Source: Intoshia linei (lineage: Eukaryota > Animalia > Orthonectida). Taken from it: a stretch of 64,000 nt of DNA. The translations under genes and the position numbers were made by a program. The DNA is taken from the NCBI GenBank assembly GCA_001642005.1, contig LWCA01000023.1:1-64000 (forward strand), written 5' to 3'. Positions 49,256 through 62,461 of this stretch are shown piece after piece (within the stretch, counting starts at the first letter, position 1; each line of letters starts with the position of its first letter). The notes under the pieces are model-generated. The model worked only from the letters and a program-made list of their open reading frames with translations. It ran no database searches and had not been told where the DNA came from.

Positions 49256-52200
49256 ATGATTTTCAAATTTTTACAGATAATATTTTATCTTTCAGGTACA
49301 TTTAATATGTGATATTCTTACTATTTTTTATATTTTAGTTGTTTATTGTGAAATTGTGAATGAGAGTCCAAAACCTGCGTAATCTTAATTTCTATTTATA
49401 ATTCATTAATCACATTTTACTGTACATTGTCTTAATATTAATATTTTAGAGATCCACAGCAAAAACCCATTGATTCTTTAACACAGGATAATTTGAATAT
49501 AAAGAGAGATGACTCTGAATCAAAAAATTTTCAATCAGATGTAAAGAGAATGATGTAATTTATTTTGATTATGGTTGGGAGCGCTTACTGTATATTTCAT
49601 ACAGATGTTTTTTTAAAAGAATAAAGATTTTCTATGATAATTATTGGAGAGTGGATAGCTTTTCATAATCACGCCCTATTGAAAATACAATTTTTTGATG
49701 AACTTTAAAATTCTTCATTTTTTTGTGCATAGATAATTTTGTTATGATTATGCAAATCTTTAAAATTTTACAAGTGTAAAATTCTAAATAAAACTATATT
49801 ATTTTATTAGGAATTTGATAATTCAGTCATTGTATAAAAACAAGGAGGTACATTTTTAAAAAAAAGTGTACATTTATTTGTAGATTGTAATTCGAGAACT
49901 AATTTCAAATGCATCTGATGCACTCGATAAAATTAGATATTTGGCAATTACCGATCCTACTGTAATGGATGGGGAAGATAAAATGGAAATCAGAATTCAA
50001 GTAATTAAATCAATTACTAAATTAACAATTTGTTAGGTAGATAAATACAACAGAATTTTCCAAATTACAGACACTGGAATTGGAATGACAGAGTAATATT
50101 TTTGTTTTTTTATTTTATTTACTTTTAGACAAGAACTCAACGACAACCTTGGAACTATTGCAAAATCTGGAACTACCGATTTTATTGCTGATGCTGAAAA
50201 AGCTAAGAGCGATACGGATTTGAATAGTTTAATTGGTCAATTTGGTGTTGGTTTTTACTCGGCATATTTGGGTATGATTCATTTTAGTTATCATTAGAGT
50301 TTGTATAATTCAGCCATTTAAAAACTTTTTTGATTCTATTAAAAATTTCATGGATTTGGATTTATTTGAACAATTTTTTCAAAACTTGCATAACGATTCA
50401 ATTTTAGTAAAACTTATAATTTTCCCAGATGATTTGTTGAGAGCTGGCTAAATTCAGGCAGTGATGAGTACGGTTTTTTATCGGTCGCTTGGATTTTACA
50501 CCATTCTTTCTCAAAATTTGTGCTAGGCCCCACTTTCACTCTTAAAAAATATCAGGCCCACTTCAAAAACATCCTAACGGTTTTTTCGGTTGATATAACA
50601 GTTCAATCAAAAAGAATGTTTATTTATTTACAATTGTTAGTACAATTTAATACTAATTAGAAAATTCTAATAATTTTTTAATAAATTACAAATCTCAAGT
50701 TTTTATTTTTGAAAGTCGAGCTAATTATATTATTATATACTAATTATACAGTCAAACCTCTCAATACCTTAAATTACTTATAAAATATAATATAAATTAT
50801 AAAATTTAATGTCAGTGTTTGTTAAGGTTTACTAATTACAATTAAGTCCTATAATTAAAAAAAATACCAATTTCTAATACAGTTTTTTTAAACATTTGAA
50901 AAATATTGGTTGATAATATATTAAAAATTATTTTTCACCGGAAATGCGTAGATTTCTCGGGTTGTAATTTTGTATTTATATCAACTGAAATAAGCTGTAT
51001 CAGAAAAATTTTTTTTTTAATTGTACAGCCGTTAATTATTTTAAATTTTTTATTTTTATAAAATAGTTTTGAATTAAAAAAAATGAATATTATAGTGTTT
51101 TTGTCTTTTTGACCATGAAGTTTATCAGATTGAAATTTTATTTTGCGTGTGAACTGGATATAACTGTATCATCAGTAATTTTTTAAAATTCTAAGGATGT
51201 TTTTATTTAAAAAAAAGGGTAATCTGGGTTTTTGACCGTGAAAATTACCTTTTTTGAGGTTACCATTTATGATAATTCTTATGAATTTAAAAACTATCCT
51301 AGAATTTATGTTGTATAAAATTCTAGGACTTTCTTAATTTTTACAAAAAAGGGCAATTTGGCGTTTTGGCCGTGAAGATATAAGATTTTGAAATTTAAAA
51401 TAATCATAATATTGATGAATTTAAAATTTTTTATTAAAATGCGTATTTTTTATAATTATAGGACTGGTTAGAATTTAAAAACACAGGACAATATGGGTTT
51501 TTAAATATGAAGGACTTAATTTCTGAAATTGAAATTTGCGATAAAACATCATTCTGGTAAAACTGTTAATAGTTCATGTAATTAAGGATTTCAAAAAAGT
51601 TGATGAAAAGTTAAAAAAATTAAGAGAAACACAAACGTTGACACGGATCATAATGTGACTAATATATACAAAATGGTATCTGTCCTCTAGTTAAAATGAA
51701 GTGGATCCCCCAAAAAATGTATTGTCGACTCTTCTGGTCATTTAAAAATATTTTCTTATAGGCTCCATTATTTTCTTAGAAATAGGAACGGGTAGAAAAA
51801 ATATAAAAATCCATACATTGTAGGCTGGTTCTAGTGTATGTTACAGTAAATAAATTTACACCTTAAATTTACAATTTTATTAAAAATTAGATTAAAAATT
51901 TTTCAGAAAGTCTGAAACAAAAAAGATGAGATATGACTGAATTAGACGACGAGACTACCATTTTTATTTTTCATATAGACTATTTTTACTTTAAATGAAT
52001 TGACTCTTACTTTCATTTTATTTGGTAAAAGTTTTAGAGGACACTATCGTAAGTCTCCGTAGATGTTAAAGGCTGCACTGTAAAATTTTCATAAATAATG
52101 GGACGTTAAAAAGGTGGTGTCTTGATTAATGTTGATATTTTAATTAATTTTAATAATTAGTGGCCGATCGAGTTGTTGTTGCTTCCAAGAGTCCAAAATC

Positions 52201-53959
52201 TGAAGACCAATATATATGGGAATCTGATTCTTCGACGTATGTTACATATAAGGACCCTAGAGGAAATACATTGACAAGAGGAACACAAATAACCCTATAC
52301 ATGAAGGAAGACACAAAAGACTTTATGGAACTGCCAAAAATAACTGAATTGGTAAAACGATACAGTCAGTTTATTCAATTTGATATTTTGTTGTATGACA
52401 CAGAAACTGTAAATGAAGAAGTTGAAGACACTGAAGCCAACAAGGAAGAAGAAAAAGACAAAAAGGATGACAATTTAATAGACGATGAAGAACAAGAAGG
52501 AAAAGTAGAAGATGAAACTGAAAAGCCAAAAGAAAAAAAAACAAAAACTGTCTCTAAAATTGTGTACAATTGGAAAGTCGTCAACGATAACAAACCAATT
52601 TGGATTCGAAAAAAAGGTGACATTACAGATGAAGAATACAACAACTTTTACAAGAGTTTCTCTAAAAACGACGATGGTCCACTTTGTAAAATTCATTTTT
52701 CTGCTGAAGGAGAAATTAGCTTTAAATCAATTTTATACATTCCAAAAAAGGCACCTGCAAATCTTTACACTGGTTATGGAGACGCTAAAGAACATATTAA
52801 AATGTACATTCGTCGTGTATTTATTACTTCAAATGCTGAACAAATGTTTCCAAACTATTTGAGGTTTGTAACCGGCGTTGTCGATTCAGACGATTTACCC
52901 TTGAATGTATCTCGAGAAGATTTACAACACAGCGAACTATTGAGTGTCATTAAAAAAAAATTAGTCCGTAAAACTCTTGAAATGATTAAAAAATTGAGCT
53001 CTGAAGATTTTGAAATTTTCTGGAAAGAATATAGTACAAGTGTTAAGATGGGCGTTATTGAAGATGAAGCCAATAGAATCAGAATCTCTAAATTATTGAA
53101 ATTCCACTCTTCATATGAAGCAATAAATACAACCAGTTTGGCTGACTATGTGAGTAGAATGCCGGCAAACCAAGAAGAAATTTATTACATTGCGGGAGCA
53201 TCAAAACGTGAAGTAGAACATTCTCCATTGGTGGAAGGATTAATAAAACATGGTTACGAAGTATTGTACCTAGTTGAACCAGTTGACGAATTCTGCATTC
53301 AGTCTTTACCCGATTTTGACGGAAAGAAATTTTCAAATGTAGCCAAAGAGGGAGTCAGCATTTCAGAAACAGATAATGACAAAATTGAAGCAATTTCTAA
53401 AAATTATGAAGCCCTTTTCAAGCATATTTCAGATGACATCCTTTCTGACTCAGTATCTAAAGTTGAACTTTCAAAAACACTAGTATCTTCACCTGCCGCT
53501 CTTATTGCTTCCAAACACGGGTGGTCTGGAAACATGGACAGAATCCAACGATCCCAAGCTCATCAAAAGAAAGAAGATGAAACCAAAAATTATTATTTAT
53601 CTCAAAAAAAGATTTTACAATTGAATGCTGGACATCCCGTTATTAGGAAAATGCTGGCAATTTACAATGAAGATGGATCAGAGTCCACAGAACTCAAAGC
53701 TATTGTCAATACTTTATATGATACTGCTGCTCTCAGATCTGGGTTTATGATACCAGATTCTGTCGAATTCTCAAAACGTGTCGATACCCTTCTTTCTTAC
53801 AAATTAAACGTTGAAGGTCAGAAAATATCAGACATTTACTCAACTGAAGATGACGAAGAAGACAAAGGCGAAGACGTAATATATTTAATCAATAATATTT
53901 AATAATTATCAAAAATTTAGATAAAGGAAGATTTCGACGAAGCACACGAAGAATTATAA
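49256..53959 (+). CDS. HSP90B1: Endoplasmin / GRP94 (ER HSP90)
   Basis: Signal peptide; [49 protein letters not shown]; large exon 52161-53875; last exon ends HEEL* (ER retention signal). Confidence 0.97.
50895..51570 (-). mobile_element. Diverged Helitron-like internal fragment
   Basis: Aligns by eye to 310-950 and 11560-12090; similar fragments at ~37080-37500 and ~59100-59350. Confidence 0.6.
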
Positions 53960-54032
53960 AATGCATTAATTTTATTACAATAAAAATTTAAAATATGGAA
54001 TGATTTACTTTACAAAAATTGAGTCTTCTAGG

Positions 54033-55532
54033 TCACTTGTGTAGGATTTTCAGTTTTTTTAGCGTGAAAAAATATACAGTCAGTTCCCTTGTTGCACATT
54101 GTTCCGTAACGACATACCTAATAATTATTAATTTCAATATAACACTAAAATTACAGGTTTGTGATAAAATTGACAATTATTATTATTGCAATACGGATGA
54201 TATTTACATTCTGTGGCATTATTTATGTTAGTAAACAAACTGTGTTGATAACCGCAACTTGGGTTTGCACATGCAACGCCGAATTTGCAGTTTGGATGAA
54301 TATATACACATTTTTGTCCATATGAACAGTCTGGAAACTTTCTACAAAATTAATTTATTTCAAGCAATAGCTAAATAGTCACGTGCACTGTTGAGTAGGA
54401 TGAATGTATACGCATTCATATTTAGCTCTACAATCTGGCCAATATTGACATTTTCGAATAATTTCTAAAAAAATAAAAGATTTACTCCAATTTTACCAAT
54501 TTTTTTTTCCTTGAGAATAGAAATACTTGTATCGTCCCCCTCGACAGGTGTTTGTCCCAATCTAGCATGAACATCCAATTTTTTATTCTGAATGTTTTTC
54601 CTTTTTTTATTAGTCAAGAGTCCGTACGTTTCAACAAATTGCGTTTTTTCCGGAGTTGAAATATTTAATGTATCTTGGTCAATGTTATCAGCACCATTGA
54701 GGGTAATTAAGAATTTAGTATCAGGTTTGTTGGTATAAATATTGTTATTACTTTGAAGTTCGACTGGACCCTTATTGACCAATTCATCAATTTCTTCTTT
54801 ATTTTTTTCAACATAACCTGGTAGTGTATCTAACAAAATTAAAATAGAATAAAATAAACATACAAATGTCAACTCCCTTTTGTGGATCTAGACTAAAACT
54901 TTTAAAACTACGAATAAAAATGGTACCTTAATTCGTGAGATTTTGATTTTTCCTAGTGTAAGTTAATTTTAAAAATATTTTATAAAACATTTTCAGTTTC
55001 TAAAACCTCCTTTTCTTTTGATTTGAATTTTTTCTCCTTTTTCGGTTCAATGTCCACTTTAACACGTTTTTTTTCTTTAGGTTTTATTACTTTTGATCTT
55101 TTCAGTGATTTTGATGATAGTGCAGTCTTTTTCCTCTCTAATTTAGGTTAATCAATCCTCAAATTAAAAACAAACCTCGGTTTTCAGCAAGATCTGCCAT
55201 TTTTTCCAACAAATTGAATATCCTACATAGAAATGTGACAATTTTCTGCAAAGTCTACCAGTCAGTAAAAATTTGAGACTTTTCGGATAAAAATAATTCC
55301 AGTTCATTATGCATTTCTTGTCTTGGCTTTTTATTGTTGACCATGGCTATAATGTAGTCTGGAAGTTCTTTGTCTACATTGAAAAATTTTATAAATATCA
55401 TTTATTTATCATTTACCAATATAGCAGTCTAATTCAACCAATTTATCTCGTATTGCATCCTAAATCATAAATAAATTGTTATTCTAGATGCGGGAAATTT
55501 ACTTTCAAGCGGTTTGACGTAGAGTGGGACAT
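54033..55532 (-). CDS. ZC3H14: ZC3H14/Nab2 poly(A)-binding protein (PWI-like domain + five CCCH fingers)
   Basis: AIRDKLVELDCYIDKELPDYIIAMVNNKK...LELFL; fingers CQYWPDC..C...H, FPDCSYGQKCVYIHP, CKFGVAC, CKYHPYC and CRYGTMC; stop TGA at 54033. Confidence 0.9.
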
Positions 55533-56172
55533 TTTTAATCGAAATTGTATCAAACTGAAAAAAAATTTATTATGTAATTATTTCGATAGCAATGCAATGA
55601 ATGAAACCTATAGTTAAGTTAATTTCTATTTTAATTTAAAAAATTATATGCACTTTATTGTGCAATAAATCAAGTTACACTAGGACTTGTCCTTGTGTCA
55701 TCCGATCATATATTTTTTTAAATTTGTTTGATTGGAAATCAATACTTTCTATTGGATTTATAGTCAATTTTAATTGTCATTATTATTTCTATTGAAGTAA
55801 ACAAAAATACTACTGTACGAGACTTTATTTGACAAGTCCTGAATTAGGACTCGTGATTAATTGTGAATGCTTCAAAAATAATTTCAAATGTGGATAAACT
55901 TTTGACAAAATTATCATTTTAATTAATTTTTATGGACTTTTTATTAACGATGTCATAAATATTAAATAAATTATAGCATACTTTTTTATATTAAAAAGTG
56001 TTAAGACTTATTCTACAAAAGAGATAGTGGTTTAGATAAATTTTAATTTTCAATAAATACAAAAATTGTAAATTGTATCACAAAGAAGTCAAGTAAACTT
56101 TGATTATTAACTAGTAAATTTTCTAAATTTATATATATCCATGTTTACATTATTTGATCAAATACAAAATAA

Positions 56173-56425
56173 ATGAACCAACTTGAAGAACTTCGCAAAA
56201 ATACTCAAATTGTTGCCGATTCTGGTGATTATAATGGTACTTTTATGGAAAATTCAATAATATATAAAAATTAAAGTTTTTATCTTAAATTGTAATTATA
56301 GCTTTCATAAAGTTTAATCCACAAGATGCTACGACTAATCCGTCATTGATATTGAAAGCTATTCAAACGCCAGAATACAAACATTTTTTTGACAAAGCTG
56401 TTGATTACGCAAAAAAGAAATCAAA
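56173..56425 (+). CDS. TALDO1: Transaldolase, first two exons only
   Basis: [19 protein letters not shown] / [14 protein letters not shown]; no later exons found after the transposon and N joins. Confidence 0.9.
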
Positions 56426-56695
56426 GTAAAATTTTTTGCTTACTTATATAATATGCTACATTAAGTTATTCTTAATTTGGCTGAAGCGCAGCGAAGCGTG
56501 TTATTTTTTTTGTTTTTTAAAAAATTTTTTGGGCCCTTATTTACTTTGGGGTCTCTTTTTCAAAATAAAAAATAATAACAATTTACACACAATTGTTATT
56601 GCAAATTTCAAAATGAATTCTGACACGGTATTTATAATTTTATGACATGTCATATTGAATTTTGTGTGTAATTCGCTTATTCATCTCATATATAT

Positions 56696-58230
56696 TAGGG
56701 GTGTAAGTCAAAATTTGATATCAAAAGTACACCCACTCATCTTATGAGCAATTTTTGTGTCTTTAATTTGTACCTAATCTTGCTTTACAATTCTTTAAAA
56801 AAAAGTTGGGGCTATGCCCTTAAAGTTTTGAACATATTATCGTTCATTGTAACTATTATTTATTAATTTTTTTAAAATTTTATTGATTTAACCATTTTTT
56901 TTAAATTTATTTTAATATTACAAAATTTTTTGTAAATTTTAAAATTGTTATTTTAATAAAATATAAATTTATATAAATATTAAAATTCATAAGACACATT
57001 TTTTCGATTTTGATAAACCAAAATTTAAGTTGAAGTTTAAAAAGTTTATGGAGCATACAAAAATAATTTATTTTTAATTGAATTGAATATCGTTATAATG
57101 TCAAAAATCCGTGCATATGNAAAATATAAATTTATATAAATATTAAAATTCATAATACACATTTTTTCGATTTTGATAAACCAAACTTTTAGTTGAAGTT
57201 TAAAAAGTTTATTGAACATACAAAAATAATTTATTTTTAATTGAATTGAATATCGTTATGTCAAAAATCCGTGCATATGGAAATTTTATAGACAACCTCT
57301 CTGTTTGAAAAGCAGTCTTGCTACAAATGCTGATATTTTAGAACGCTATTACTATTTATTGAAATATCAAAAGGCTGTATCAACAGTTAAAATAATTGCT
57401 ACTGAATTAATAAATTTGTGGAAAAAATGTAGTATTCCTCATCAAGATATAAGACAGGTTATAAGAAAAATCAATACCTGCATTAAAATGTATAAATATT
57501 ACAATACAACAAAAGGAGGAAAACAGAAAAAATTCAATATTAAAAGTTCATGGACAAAATTATTCGACATTAAAACCAATGTATTTATTTGGAAGATGAA
57601 AAGTTTTTTCAATTACAAAGTGATACAGATTGCAATGTTGGTAGAGTATCAAATATAGTTGAAATGATTAATATTTATTCATCCAAAATAAAAAGAACAG
57701 AAAAACGGGAATGCAAATGCGAATCAATTATAAATTTTACATCCCATCTGTTCCCAAAAAAACTAATATATCAAATGGAAAAGAATTGGCCAGCATTTCA
57801 GAAAATACTGGAATTTTAATGAAATCAACAATCACTGTAGCAAATGCAATATTTCATAAATTACAATTGAAATCAATTTCACGGATAGCTGCACAAATAA
57901 AATCCTCTTCAATTGAAACAATCAACTTACAACTTATTGATGCAATTAAACAGATAGTACAGGATATTTATTATCTTTTGACGGAAAAACTTATAAAAAT
58001 ATACATTACTTGGTAATTGCTGTAAAAGGGGAATTAGTTAGTANATAAATTTATATAAATATTAAAATTGATAATACACATTTTTTCGATTTTGATAAAC
58101 CAAAATTTAAGTTGAAGTTTAAAAAGTTTATTGAGCATACAAAAATAATTTATTTTTAATGGAATTGAATATCGTTATAAAGTCAAGAATCCGTGCATAT
58201 ACAAATTTTTTTATTAACCTCTCTGTTTGA
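56696..58230 (+). mobile_element. hATm-like transposon pieces with N joins at 57120 and 58044; decayed transposase 57258 to ~58016
   Basis: TAGGGGTGTAAG end; ELINLWKKCSIP, KLFDI and LLSFDGK motifs; a ~180-bp 5' segment repeated around the Ns. Confidence 0.7.
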
Positions 58231-58535
58231 AAAGAATGGGTTTTTAATTGATTCCCTTTTTATAATAGCCTCTTACCTAGTAAAGTAAAGTAAACAAAAG
58301 TGAGTGACAGTAACTTTGTATAACTAGTTTATGAAATCAGTATGGTTATATGTTTGTGAGATCATGATTTAATTTTTTGATGTTTAATTTCAAGTTAAAT
58401 CTAAGAATTATTAACTTTATAAAGATTTGGATCAGGATGTGTAGGGTGCCTAAGACTTATGTCACGCACCGTATGAAACTAAAATATAATCATGACTAAA
58501 ATCATATGGAAAGTATACTGCTTTAAATAGTATCA

Positions 58536-58590
58536 CTAGCTTGACTGTTATGTACTTTGTACAAACAGCATCTAGCTCTGCCGATGTCGT
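58536..58590 (-). mobile_element. Helitron-like 3'-end fragment
   Basis: CTAG at 58536-58539 plus the same hairpin as 11228-11251; hairpin also at ~27560. Confidence 0.65.
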
Positions 58591-60343
58591 AATTTTTTAA
58601 TTATACCAAAAAGATAAAATCTTGCATATAAATGCTACTATTCACTGTTACCAATCATTTAAAGGAGTTGTTCCTAAACGTGGTAACACATTATTTACAT
58701 TTTTATTTTTAAATTCTAGAATCTCGATCCATTCTTAACAATATATGTTAAAATATATACATTAGGGTGTAAAATGTTTTTTAAATTTTTAGAATTAAAT
58801 GGGAGATTAGTAATAATTGTGTGTATTTTTAAAATAGAAGCACTATGTTGCAATTAAAAATATCTAATGATACTTATCCGAGTTGGGTTCATTATTTTAA
58901 ATATCCTTTGAAAATCGTATAGAAAAATTTAAATTTATTTTTTTTTATATTTTTTGCAAAAACAACATTTTGGTAAGTTGTCATGGTTTATATTTTATGG
59001 TTTCAACATCCACGCTTAACTATACATTTCAATTTTTAAAATTTGATTCTAGCTCGATTTTTGTGGTTTTTATCGACGTTCAAATTTCGGTTATTTATGC
59101 AATAATGTTTAGACGTTTTTAAAATACTATTTCACTGTTGTTCACTTAACACACACCAAAAATTTAAATCTGACAAAGTAACGCCTTCACGATTAAACAA
59201 GCACTTTAGTATTTATTTTTTTATTTGGAAACTATAATTAAACAAATAGTAAAAAAAATTAAAATAATTAACGGTTCTACAATTAAAAAAAGAAAGTTTA
59301 TATTTATACAGCTTATTCCAGTTGTTATAATACAACATTTCGATCCCATAAATCTCCGAAAGTACAAATTACAGCTTGGTCATTATCATTTTTATATTTA
59401 TTACAATGTTGGTAAAATTCACCCGAAATACTTTTTTAAACTACTGATTTCATTAATTATTGATGCAAAATTGATATTTTTTACTCATACTGAAAGCAGA
59501 TACTGAATCATATTAATCATATTCCAAAAATAATTACCGATATTTACAATTTTATTTAAGCTATTTATGATAATTTTTATGATTCTACTATTTAGACTTT
59601 ATTTTTAAGACTATACAGTGTATAGTATACACTGATTTTATTTAACGAATTAAAAAAATCAGATCTCAAAATTATTTTTAAAATTCTTTACACAAATGTG
59701 AACAAAATAAAATCAAGTGGGAATAATTCACTTTAAAATATAAGATAATGTGAAAATGAGGGGTACATGGTGAAACAAGTTTAGGAAACACTCATTTAAA
59801 TAATTGATAATAGTGAATGTAACATTTTTAACTAAACTTATATTATTGCATTTATTTTTTGGTAAAATGAAAAAAGTCCCCCTTGGCAGAGCTATGATGC
59901 TTTTTGTAGGAAGTACATAAAATCAAGCTATTTAATTATATAAAATTTATTGAAAGTGTTAGTTTTTGAAGATAATTGTGTAAACTGTAAATTTTTTTAA
60001 AGTTCTAGGACTATTTTAATTTTTTAAATAAAGTATAATTTGGCTTGTGACGCTGAATATTGAAATTTAAATGTATCATAATGTTTATTAGTTTGATATG
60101 TTGATATATGGATAATTGAAATTTTCGACCTGAAAGATGTAGGATTCTGAGATTAAAAGTTATGTTACTTTCTCCACGGAAAGATGTAACTTGGAATTTG
60201 TGTTTGTTAACATTGTATAACTCTTATGTATGTTTTCTAGTTAAGCTGTGTTAAAATATGTTTTCGAGGGGTTTTCAATTTCCTGATTCAACCTGTTGGT
60301 ATAATGATTCGGCGAATTTCATATTTATAATAATATATTTTAG

Positions 60344-62310
60344 AACGCACGTGCATTTTGCCAGTTTTAACAGAAAATGATGACGATCCATATGCTATAT
60401 TTTGGCCTTATAAACCTAGAACATTTATAAATATAGGAGAAACCATATTCTATAAATGTAAAATTGGTTACACTATAAGTGAAACAATATTCTATACTTG
60501 CGCAGTAGGCGTCACAATTGTTGCTCCTACATGTTCAAGTAATTTTATTTTGTATTTTAAATTTTAATACGTATTTTAATACTAGGGTGATTCACTATAT
60601 CATTAAATATAAATTATTTTTGTATCTATAGTCTATAATTTAAATCAGGCATTTAAACCTGGGAGATTGCGCCTTTTTGCCTCAATTTTGTTAATATTGG
60701 GATTTGGTTTCAGAATAAAGTTATTTTATAATTGATATTAATATTTTCTTATATATTGCATGCGGATACATTCATAAAATGGAACTTAATTTTCTATTTA
60801 ATTATTTAATTTATGCGATTAAAAAATGTATTTTAAGAAAAAAATAAATGAAAAAAATGTTTTTTTTGTAAAGCTGATTGTGCATTGCCCATGTTATTTC
60901 TCTAAAGTCAAATAAAAATAGTATTATTAGAAAAATTATAAGTCAATCGTAGAAATAAAAAAATTTGATAAATTCCAAAAATTCTGGAAAATAGGACCTT
61001 GACTATATCATAAATTATTATGATGCCCAAAATTAGATTCAAATTTTTTTGATTATTATTAATCATAGTTAATAGAGTTGTAATAAATATTTTTAAGAGA
61101 GATAATTTTGTAAAAATTATAGTTTTCGATGAGATGAATTCATTCCAAATGAAATAATAAATAAATAATAATAAATATTTTGTAATAAACTAAAAATTTG
61201 GAAATAATTGAAAAATTTCAGAAATAGATAGTTTTCAAGTATACTGATAAATATATTAGATATACACATTTAACGTGCAGTTGGAATACTTTATATTTTT
61301 TTATTAGTTGCTCAATGTACAATACCAGCTACAAATGGTGATAATAAATCTCCAACTTACTCCCCAACTTCTGGCACTATGGTAAATTATATGGATTCTA
61401 TAACGAAAGACTGTACCGGTGTTTCGACTGGCAAGACAATTACACTATATTGTGTCTATTTGGCGACAAGTGGAATATATGGCTTTAATGACGGAGGAAA
61501 AACTGAATGTCCAGGTTGAATGAATTTTATTTTATATTTTTTACACATTTAGTTCAAGATTGTGGCCCATTAGGTTCAACAAATGGATTCATTTTTCTAA
61601 CTACAATTACGAACACATTTGCCGGAGCATCTTATGAGGCCACATGTGCTAGTGCAGAGGAAACATTTGTGGATGGAACATTAAGTAAATTAATAATTTG
61701 TCTGCGTGAAGATGAAAATTCGTACGCATATTGGAACTTGAACAACTATCAGTGCATTAGTAAGTGTTATCATAATATGTGAGAAAAGAGTGAAAATGGG
61801 ATGATAGGTTTGTATAATGTATAAAATGACCAATATTTAGAAAAATCCTGTTCTAATCCCAACATTGGACCACGCGTCATAATAGTCACTAATCCAATAC
61901 GTTTCATGGTTGAAGATACGGTCACTTTTCATTGTAACTTAGGATATGATTTGAATATCCAATCAATTACATGCATGCTAACTAATAATAATGCTGTATG
62001 GAGTAACACTGAGCAAATAACTTGTATAGGTATGGTTATAGTTTTCATTTATTTTTAATTTACATAGATTCTAAAAACCCAATTATCCCAGTATGCACGT
62101 CTACAATACTAATGGAAAGATATACAGTCCCCAGTAGTTTAACGGATTTTACATTACAATACAGCGATAATTCAAATACATATATTCTAGAATATAGTGA
62201 TCAAACTTATAGCGTGGCTAAAGCTGAAGACTATACTTTAACATACACAGTGAGTGATTTAAGTGTGCAACCCAACACAGCAGAATGTACCGTGACATTT
62301 GCTATAATAG
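60344..62310 (+). CDS. Sushi/CCP-repeat protein with a HYR-like domain; internal exons only
   Basis: Phase-1 domain-sized exons starting at 60344, ~61308, ~61553, ~61841 and ~62048: C-P...Y.C..GY...C...P.C, CSNP...TVTFHCNLGY...W...C, then DSKNP...C...YTVSD...AECTVTF. Confidence 0.75.
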
Positions 62311-62461
62311 GTACTTTTCATATAAATTTTATGTGTTTATCCTTACATGTATGTAATATATTATAATTATAATATATGTAGAAATAATATTATAATCCTT
62401 ATATAAGTATTAAGAAATATAGCTAAAAATTTATATATGTATATTATGGATACATGTATAT

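Noticed and set aside
52375-53336. Antisense and alternate-frame ORFs within HSP90B1 (likewise 30331, 40059, 43684, 46016, 48442, 54019)
   Set aside because: They are shadow ORFs of real exons with no independent motifs.
80-56425. Non-canonical splice sites
   Set aside because: Every intron I reconstructed could be drawn GT-AG.
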